Assembly (NCBI GenBank): GCA_963806025.1
Contig: CAWDWI010000013.1
Location: 100,478-164,477 of the forward strand
DNA length: 64,000 nt
DNA from: an uncultured Thermoleophilia bacterium
GTDB taxonomy: Bacteria; Actinomycetota; Thermoleophilia; Gaiellales; Gaiellaceae
Direction: 5' to 3'
Under the pieces are notes generated by a model. That model ran no database searches. It was not told the origin of the DNA and saw only the letters and a program-made list of their open reading frames with translations. The position numbers were made by a program, and so were the translations under genes. This document shows positions 18,473 to 26,200 of this stretch, in pieces. Within the stretch, counting starts at the first letter, position 1; every line of letters begins with the position of its first letter.

Positions 18473-18841
18473 GTGGAGCAGGAGTTCGTCGCCCTCGGTC
18501 ACGCAGGCAGCGATGCGTACGCCGGCCTCGAGACGTTCCCGAACCCGGGAGTCACGACAGTGGAACTGGTCAGCGACGAACTGACCGCCGTCTGTCCGAT
18601 CACGAACCAGGCCGACTTCTACACCGCGACGATCCATTACCGGGCACGAGAACGCTGTCTCGAGTCGAAGTCGCTCAAGCTCTACCTCGCTCGCTTTCGC
18701 GAGCAAGGCGCATTCTGCGAGCAGCTCGCCGTTCAGATCCGCGACGAGGTCGCCGCTGCGCTCGCGCTCGACGCCTCGGACGTGAAGGTCACGCTCGTCC
18801 AGAAACCGCGCGGCGGAATCACAATCACCGCCTCGGCCTGA
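18473..18841 (+). CDS. queF: NADPH-dependent 7-cyano-7-deazaguanine (preQ0) reductase, unimodular type
   Basis: Catalytic Cys context LTAVCPITNQADF, the QueF motif ESKSLKLYL, and a length of 122 aa. Confidence 0.85.
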   Translation: MEQEFVALGHAGSDAYAGLETFPNPGVTTVELVSDELTAVCPITNQADFYTATIHYRARERCLESKSLKLYLARFREQGAFCEQLAVQIRDEVAAALALDASDVKVTLVQKPRGGITITASA

Positions 18842-18924
18842 TCAGCGAAAATCCAGTCCGCCGATCGGTGCGTAGGACGATTACGTAGACGCAGCAATGC
18901 AATCGGTTTGAAAGGACGTCGCAA

Positions 18925-19311
18925 ATGTCTCAACCTCTTCGCCTCACAGTCATCGGGGCCGCCGTGCTCGTCGTGGCCGCCGCCTTCGCAGTCACGGCAC
19001 TCGCTCGCCCACAGGCGAGCCCGAAACTGATCGGAGTCGTCGGCAAGAACGACGCTTACAAGATCACGCTTACGACTTCGGCCGGAAAGCTCGTGAAGAC
19101 GCTGAAGCCGGGCACCTACTCACTGGTGATCCACGACGACTCGGCGATCCACAACTACGAGTTGGACGGGCCGCACGGAAAGTCCTGGACCTTCACCTCG
19201 GTGCCGTTCAAGGGCACGAAGACGATGACGATCAAATTTGCCGCGGGCGCCTACAAGGCGTACTGCTCCGCGCATGAGTCCGAGATGTTCCAGCACTTCA
19301 AGGTCAGCTGA
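18925..19311 (+). CDS. Secreted cupredoxin-like protein
   Basis: Signal peptide. The C-terminal YCSAHESEMFQHF has Cys-x2-His-x3-Met spacing like a type-1 copper site, with upstream His residues (IHDDSAIHNY). Confidence 0.45.
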   Translation: MSQPLRLTVIGAAVLVVAAAFAVTALARPQASPKLIGVVGKNDAYKITLTTSAGKLVKTLKPGTYSLVIHDDSAIHNYELDGPHGKSWTFTSVPFKGTKTMTIKFAAGAYKAYCSAHESEMFQHFKVS

Positions 19312-19889
19312 TGGTTGCGCGTGGAGAACATCTCAACATTCGGCTCGGGCTCGCGGTGCTCGCTGCCGGGACGCTCGGCCTGATCGGGTTCCTGGTCGCC
19401 GGCACGAATGCGCAAGGCGCGACGCACCAGAACGTGAGCAGCGCATCGGTGTCGCTCCGCACGACGAAAGTCGGAGCGATCCTCGTCAACGCGAAGGGCC
19501 ACACGCTCTACCTGTTCACGAAGGACAAGAGCGCCAAGAGCTCGTGCAGCGGCATGTGCGCGACGTACTGGCCGCCGGCAATCGCACGTTCGAAGCCGAC
19601 TGCGGGAACCGGGATCAAGCCGGCTCTGCTCGGAACGACGAAGCGCAGCGACGGCACCAAGCAGCTCACCTACAACCATCACCCGTTGTACGGCTTCTCG
19701 CTCGACAAGCAGGCCGGTCAGGTGAACGGACAAGCAGCGAACGCCTTCGGTGGCCGCTGGTGGGCCGTATCCGCCCGCGGGACGGCTGTCACGAAGACGT
19801 CGACCGCCGGCACGCCGACAACGACCTCGGCCACCACCACATCGTCCAGCACGACGACCGACGAAACGACCACTTCGCGGTACCCGTAG
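19311..19889 (+). CDS. Secreted COG4315 / Lipoprotein_15 repeat protein with a Thr/Ser-rich tail
   Basis: GHTLYLFTKDKSAKSSCSGMCATYWPP and LTYNHHPLYGFSLD are the two characteristic repeats. The TGATG junction overlaps the upstream gene by 1 nt. Confidence 0.65.
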   Translation: MVARGEHLNIRLGLAVLAAGTLGLIGFLVAGTNAQGATHQNVSSASVSLRTTKVGAILVNAKGHTLYLFTKDKSAKSSCSGMCATYWPPAIARSKPTAGTGIKPALLGTTKRSDGTKQLTYNHHPLYGFSLDKQAGQVNGQAANAFGGRWWAVSARGTAVTKTSTAGTPTTTSATTTSSSTTTDETTTSRYP

Positions 19890-19967
19890 AGACCTCCCAG
19901 GGTCGCTGCATGCGGCCGGGCGGCTGCGCGAGGGCCCGATTCGCCCTCGCGCAGCCGCATTCGGCTC

Positions 19968-20666
19968 TCAGTTGGTCGAAGGACTTGCAACCGGCGGAGA
20001 CGCGTCCGGCGTGCCGCTCAGATCGACGATCTTCGTCGCCCGCAACGTCGGCGGGGTGCCCTGGCACCTGACGACCCACACGTGCAACCGGTCGCCGGGG
20101 GCGAGCGCCGAGAGATCCACAGCAGCACCGTTCTTCAGGATGGAGGTATCGCCGGTGACGGCGACCGAGAAGGTTTTCGGGCCCTCGGCGCCGTTCGACG
20201 TGAAGCTGATGCTGCGGGCCCCGACCACCGCGACGGGAGCCGTGAAATCTCCGCGTGCGCAGCCGGCGGCCGCAGGGGGAGCCGGCGGGCTCACCGGGGC
20301 CGTGTCGCCGTTCGCCGGCCCGACGCCCACCAGTGTCAGCGAGACGAGCGCGACCTCGGTCGGCCCGCCGCCTCCCTGACAGGTCCGAACCTGAGCGACG
20401 ACCTTCTGCCCGACCGCGAGAGCCGTCACACCGACGGGTCGATCCTGCTTGCGAATCTGGGTGCGCGGGAGCAGTCGGAAGCTCACCGGACGATCCTGGC
20501 CGGCAACCTTCAACGCCACTCCATCGGCACTCAGTGCCTGAATCACCGCTCCGAACCGCTGGGTCGTGCACGAGCGACCGTCACTTCGCCCGACCGCTCC
20601 GGCACTTGCCGCAACGACCGCCGAGAGCCCGAGCGCGAACAGGGCGACCACGAACAATCTCCGCAT
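19968..20666 (-). CDS. Secreted hypothetical protein
   Basis: ATG at 20666 gives the signal peptide MRRLFVVALFALGLSAVVAASAGA. There are two similar halves (..VAGQDRPVSFRLLPRTQI.. / ..VAVTGDTSILKNGAAVD..). The track ORF is extended to 20921. Confidence 0.5.
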   Translation of the reverse strand: MRRLFVVALFALGLSAVVAASAGAVGRSDGRSCTTQRFGAVIQALSADGVALKVAGQDRPVSFRLLPRTQIRKQDRPVGVTALAVGQKVVAQVRTCQGGGGPTEVALVSLTLVGVGPANGDTAPVSPPAPPAAAGCARGDFTAPVAVVGARSISFTSNGAEGPKTFSVAVTGDTSILKNGAAVDLSALAPGDRLHVWVVRCQGTPPTLRATKIVDLSGTPDASPPVASPSTN

Positions 20667-20702
20667 GTTTTTCTTCCTTCCTGGCACAACGTTGTCCGAC
20701 CG

Positions 20703-21023
20703 GACATCGACGCCGGCGTTCAGGCCCTCGATCCCTCGATCAGACTCGGCACCGCAGCGCTGAACAATCTCGCTCTGCTCAACCGAGCCGACGGCGACCT
20801 GACACGCGCGCTCGAACTGACCGAAGAGGCGCTCGTCCTGGCCGTCACCGTCGGCGACCGCCACCGCGAGGCCGCGCTCCTGAACAACGCCGCCGACCTG
20901 CTGCAGGCGGCCGGCCGGCACGACGAGGCGATGGAGCGGCTCGAGTCGGCGGTCGCGATCTTCGCCGAGATCGGCGAGGAGGGAGCGATGGAGCCCGAGA
21001 TCTGGAAGCTCGTCGACTGGTGA
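20703..21023 (+). pseudogene. Orphan C-terminal fragment of a TPR-containing regulator (AfsR/SARP-type tail)
   Basis: LNNLALLNRADGDLTRALELTEEALVLAVTVGDRHREAALLNNAADLLQAAGRHDEAMERLESAVAIFAEIG...EPEIWKLVDW* looks like the last TPRs and tail of large actinobacterial regulators. There is no matching N-terminal body and no plausible start. Confidence 0.35.
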
Positions 21024-21067
21024 TTTGCTTGCAAACTCACGTTCTTCCTGGTTATCTGGGGGAAGGG

Positions 21068-23206
21068 ATGGGGGTGCTGAGGCCTGCGGCGGTACGCGGC
21101 CTTCGGCGTGTGACGCGCTTGCTGGCGGTCGCAGTCGTGGCTCTCCTCGGCGTGGTCCTCGTGCCTCAGGCCTTCGCGGGCACGTTCGTCGTCACGAACA
21201 CGGCCGACTCGGGCGCGGGATCCCTGCGTCAGGCGATCATCGATTCGAGCTCGGCCTCCGGCTCGGAGATCGATTTCGCCATCGGCACCGGCGTCCAGAG
21301 GATCACCCTCGCTTCACCGCTGCCGGTCATCACCTCACCGGTCGTCATCAACGGCCTGACCCAGCCGGGCGTCAATCCTCCCGACATCGTGCTCGACGGA
21401 AGCCAGTGCTCCGCTCAATCCGGGCCTTGCGAGGGCCTGGTCGTCCAGTCGGGCGGCTCGACGATCGAGGGCCTCGCGGTGGTGGGCTTCGCAGGGCGCG
21501 GCGTCGTCTTCGACGGGAGTGAGACGGGGCTCGGCGGCAACACCCTCGAGTCGTCCTTCGTCGGCTGGGATCCGGGCAGCTCCGCCTTCAACGGGAACGA
21601 CGACACCGGGGTGGCGATCGTCTCGAGCCCCAACAACCACATCGGGAGCGGCAGCGCCGGTGGGCGCGTGGTGATCGGCGGGAACGGTGGCGAAGGCAGC
21701 CTGACTGAGCTCCAGATCACCGGTACCGGGAGCTCGGGCAACACCGTCGCGGGCGACTGGATCGGGCTCGGAGCAGACGGGACCAGCTCCGCAGACTCCC
21801 TCAACGGAATTGTCATCACGGGCAGCGCACACGACAACACGATCGGCGGCAAGGACACCGTCGGCAACACTCTGTACGCCTTCGGCCAGGATGCCGTCGA
21901 CGTCCGGAACGCAGGCAGCGGCAACGTCGTCGCCGGCAACTCGATCGGCCTCGATGCCAACGGTGCCATGAACCAGCACAGCGACACCGGAATCGGCGTC
22001 GAGAGCAGCCCGGGCACGGTGATCGGCGACAGCGCAGTCCCGCCGGAAATCGCCGACCCGACGTTCGGCAACGTGATCGTCGGCGCGACGGGCGACGTCG
22101 GCATCATCGTCACGGGCGCCTCGGACGGGACCTCGATCGCCGGCAACTTCATCGGCACCGACCGGCAGGGGAGCGCCGGGCTCGGGAACGACCAGGGTGT
22201 CCGCGTGATCGGCGCAACCGGCAAGGCGACGATCGGTCCCGGCAACACGATCACCGGCAACACGACCGACGGTGTCCAGATCGACACGTCCTCCGGACAG
22301 CGCATCGTCGCCAACTCGATCTTCGGCAACGGCGGCAAGGGCATCCTCCTCACCCCGGGCGCCAACGACGACATCGCCGCGCCGGTGATCACGGACGCCT
22401 CGACGGCGGGCGGAACGACGACCGGGCACGGCACCTTCCAAGGCTCCCCGAACGCGCCGGCCTTCATCGAGCTCTTCAGCAGCCCGAGCTGCGACCCGAA
22501 CGGCAGCGGCCAGAACTACCTCGGCTCGGTCACCCCAACAGCCGACGGCAACGGGTCGGGTCAGTTCTCGTTCTCCTTCCCGACGGGCCCGGGCACGGCG
22601 TTCCTCACGGCAACCACCACCGACACGGCGACCGTGGACACATCGGAGTTCTCGAGCTGTCTCGCGTCGACCGTGGTCGGCTCGCTCTCGGCCACGCTCT
22701 CGCAGCCTGTGAACCAGGACATCGACCTCACAGCCGCCGGCCCGCTGGACTGGGCTGTCTGGGGGTTCGGCAACAGCGCCTCGCTTACCGCCAACGTACG
22801 CAAGGCGGGCGGAGCGGGCATCAGCGATCTCAGCCCCAGCACTCCGAGCGACGGCCCGGCGCGGAACTTCGGCCAATTCGCGTTCCCGCTCGTGCCCTTC
22901 GGCTTCGACTGGTCGAACGGAATCGCGCCCGCCTCGGCCACGCACGCGAGTGCAGGCATCACCGCGCCGCAGGCTGGACAGGGCTTCTCGTTCACGGTTC
23001 CTGCCGATACGACCCTGCGCACGCTGACGGTCTGGACGTCGTCGCACTACGCGGACGGGACGCTGACAGCGACCCTCTCCGACGGAAGCGCTCAGCCCTT
23101 CAGCTTCACCGTCCATGCGGTCGCCGGTCAGTTCACGAACACGGGAGAGAACGTCCCGGAGGTCTTCGCGCTCACCTACGCGCTGCGCAGAGCGGCCAGC
23201 AACTGA
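21068..23206 (+). CDS. Giant secreted protein, part 1: signal peptide, right-handed parallel beta-helix (PbH1) repeats, beta-sandwich domain
   Basis: ATG 21068 gives MGVLRPAAVRGLRRVTRLLAVAVVALLGVVLVPQAFA, then TNTADSGAGSLRQAI. Many repeats of the type NxIxGNxIG follow (GNTVAGDWIG, GNVVAGNSIG, SIAGNFIG, NTITGN, IVANSIFGN). It probably continues into 23263..28536 across a frameshift. Confidence 0.75.
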   Translation: MGVLRPAAVRGLRRVTRLLAVAVVALLGVVLVPQAFAGTFVVTNTADSGAGSLRQAIIDSSSASGSEIDFAIGTGVQRITLASPLPVITSPVVINGLTQPGVNPPDIVLDGSQCSAQSGPCEGLVVQSGGSTIEGLAVVGFAGRGVVFDGSETGLGGNTLESSFVGWDPGSSAFNGNDDTGVAIVSSPNNHIGSGSAGGRVVIGGNGGEGSLTELQITGTGSSGNTVAGDWIGLGADGTSSADSLNGIVITGSAHDNTIGGKDTVGNTLYAFGQDAVDVRNAGSGNVVAGNSIGLDANGAMNQHSDTGIGVESSPGTVIGDSAVPPEIADPTFGNVIVGATGDVGIIVTGASDGTSIAGNFIGTDRQGSAGLGNDQGVRVIGATGKATIGPGNTITGNTTDGVQIDTSSGQRIVANSIFGNGGKGILLTPGANDDIAAPVITDASTAGGTTTGHGTFQGSPNAPAFIELFSSPSCDPNGSGQNYLGSVTPTADGNGSGQFSFSFPTGPGTAFLTATTTDTATVDTSEFSSCLASTVVGSLSATLSQPVNQDIDLTAAGPLDWAVWGFGNSASLTANVRKAGGAGISDLSPSTPSDGPARNFGQFAFPLVPFGFDWSNGIAPASATHASAGITAPQAGQGFSFTVPADTTLRTLTVWTSSHYADGTLTATLSDGSAQPFSFTVHAVAGQFTNTGENVPEVFALTYALRRAASN

Positions 23207-23262
23207 CAGTCACCTGGACGGAGGCCGCGAGCAACGGCTGCTTACCTGCCTGCGACGACGTC

Positions 23263-26200
23263 GTGATCTACGCTGCCGCGCTTGCCGCCGGCCAGGGCAG
23301 CACCCCCACGGGCGTGGCGAGCAACCTCACGGGCGCGGGGTCCGTGGCCATGTCCGGCCCGAACGACCCGATCTCGAGCATCCCACTGAGCGCCTTCGCG
23401 CCCGCGCAGCCCGGCGTGACGCCCGCGCCGATCAACGGGCTGCCGATCAACGGGCTCCCGATCAACGGGCTCCCGATCAACGGCCTGCCGATCAACGGCC
23501 TGCCGATCAACGGGCTCCCGATCAACGGGCTCCCGATCAACGGCCTGCCGATCAACGGGCTCACCATCAGCGGGTTCCCCATCAACGGGCTGCCGATCAA
23601 CGGCCTGCCGATCAACGGGCTCCAGATACCCGGCGGCTGGACAGCCGTGCTGGCCGGAACCGCGCTCGCCGGGAAGCCGTTGCAGACGATCACCCTGCAA
23701 CAGGTGCTCGCGCTCAACCCGCAGCCCGCGGCGGTTCGCAACCTCACGCTCGGGAACCTCCTGGTCGCAGACAGCGCGCTCGGTCAGGAGACGATCGGGG
23801 CACTGACGCTCGGCACGACGCCGATCAACCGCTTCGGGACCGAGGCAGCATCGATCGAGACCCAGCTTCAGGCCTGGTGCACGGGTGTGGCCGGCGCCGC
23901 GAACTGCTCGCTCGCCTCGATCGGCAGCCAGAACCTCTTCGCGCTCAGTCTCGCCGGTGCACCCATCAACGGCCTGCCGATCAACGGGCTCCCGATGAAC
24001 GGCCTGCCGATCAACGGCCTCCCGATCAACGGGCTGCCGATCAACGGGCTCAACCTGTCCGCTTCGCCGATCAACGGGCTCCCGATCAACGGCCTGCCGA
24101 TCAACGGGCTCCCGATCAACGGGCTTCCCGCGGTCACACTCGCCACCGTCGTGGACTGCACGAAGGCCGGCGTCCACTGCCTGAGCAGCCAGACGCTCGG
24201 GGAGGCGGCGGCCCTCGGAGGGATCAAGTCGACCGCCACCATCCTCGACCTGCTGCGGATCCTGCTGGCGGACGGAAGCCCGGTACAGAACACGCTGACG
24301 CTCGGAGACGTGATGGGCCTGCTGATCAAGAGCGCCGACGTCCCCTGGGAGACGCTCCCGCCCCGCCTCCTCTCGGTGTTCGACACCAGCCGCCCGACCG
24401 CGCACATGAACGCCAACTTCACCTTGCAGGGCACAGGGCAGGGGACCGGGAGCGCGACCGTCAAGGTGACGCTGCCGGCGGGCTTCGACTTCAAGCCGGG
24501 CTCCGCCCAGCTGCAGATCGGCGGTCCACCGTCCGCGGGCCTCGGCGACCCGACGATCGATACGCAGGCGAACACACTGACCTGGACCGTCCCGAACGTG
24601 CCCTTCAACACGCCGTCGACCATTTCCTTCGACACGTGGTCGGGAAGCAGCGTCGGGCCGACGCAGGCAACCGAGTCCGTGACGTCGGGCGGCTTCACCG
24701 GGTCAGGCACGGTGCCGTTCTCCGTCACCGACGGCTTCGACAACAACACACCCGCGACGGCCACGACGATCTCGCCCGACACGAACGTCGAGATGTCGGC
24801 GATCGCGAGCCCGGGCGAGGTCGACTACTACAAGATCCCGATGCCGCCCGCGGGGACGCGACTGCTGGTGCACCTGACGAACCTGCCCGCCGACTACGAC
24901 CTCGCGCTCTATTCGCCGACGACGACGTCTGTCCGCACCGGCACGTCCGCCGTCCCCGGCCCGCCGCTCCAGGACGGAACGATCGCCGACCAGTCGCTCA
25001 GCCTGCAGAACGGCGGCTCGAACACGCAGCTGACGCCGACCGCACTGCAGGACATCCCCGATCCGGGCATCCCCGTCGTTCAGGTCTCGGCGAACCGCGG
25101 CACCGACGACGAGGACGTGGGCATGGTCTCCCCTGGGGGCGGCGGGTTCGCCACGATCGCCGTCTTCGGCTACAACGGCGCGTCGAGCCCCGACCCGTAC
25201 TCGCTGCGCGTCACGACGCAGGCGCCACCCGGCATCAACTGTTCGCCTCGGACGTTGACCGGCGGCACCGCCGGAACGGTGCCGAGCATCGCGTCCCTGC
25301 CAAGCAACCTGAACACCCTGATCCTCGTCAACGAGAAGCGGATCGGAGCCACCTACGGCGCAGCGGACGAGACGAGCGTCGTCTCGTCGCTCACCCATCT
25401 CGCCGGTGACGCGACGCTCGGCGTCAGCGGCGCTGTCATCCCGGTCGAAGGGCTCGCCCAGGCCCAGTACACCGCCTGGGACGCCAACCCGTGCAACGTC
25501 AACGCGGCGAACGCCGTCGCGAACGCGATCGCCGACGAGATTGCTGCGGTCAAGACGCAGCGCCCTGGCCTCAAGTACGTGGTCTTCGCCGGCGGTGACG
25601 ACCAGATCCCGTTCTTCCGGACCCCCGATCTCTCGCGGATCGCGAACGAGACCGGCTTCGCCGGCATGTTCAACAACAACGAGTACTACGGCGCGCTGGC
25701 AAGCAGCGACCTGCTCACCGACAACCCGTACCTCGACACCCGGCCCGTCCCCGCCAGCGGGCGGCAACTCTTCATCCCCGACCTCGCCGGCGGCCGCCTC
25801 GTCGAGACCCCAACGCAGATCGCGAACGCCGTCACGAGCTTCGAGAACTCGAACGGGACGCTCCGCAGCTCCACAGCGTTCGTCTCGGGCTACGACTTCG
25901 TCACCGACGGAAGCCAGCTCGTCACGCAGCGGCTTCAGTCGATTCTCGGGACGCCCTCGGTGAAGAGCCTGATCGACACGACCACCCCGTTCGTGCCCGC
26001 GACGTCCTGGTCGAAGAACGGCCTGCTCAACGCAGCATTCCCGCCGCTCGGCCAGGCGGCGATCAACGACTGGAACGGCCACTACGACAACACGCGCGCC
26101 CTGATGGCAAACGGCGACCTCCTGTCGGCCTCCGAACTGACGGGGACACACGCCTTCTCCGGCGGCATCTTCCTCACGATGGGCTGCCACGCCGGCTTCC

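Noticed and set aside
23428-24126. CRISPR-like array (regular short direct repeats)
   Set aside because: The units are contiguous 15-mers with no spacers, in frame within a coding sequence, and there are no cas genes.
23268-24782. Minus-strand ORFs (159 aa and 304 aa) with PLIGS/PLIGR repeats
   Set aside because: They are the antisense reading of the same tandem repeats, kept open only by repeat periodicity and high GC.
23115-25409. 764-aa plus-strand ORF with ADQRAPDQRPADQR repeats
   Set aside because: It is the +2 frame of the PINGL 15-bp arrays and of the giant gene. Its composition is Arg/Pro/Asp-rich and non-protein-like. The overlapping frame has clear domains.
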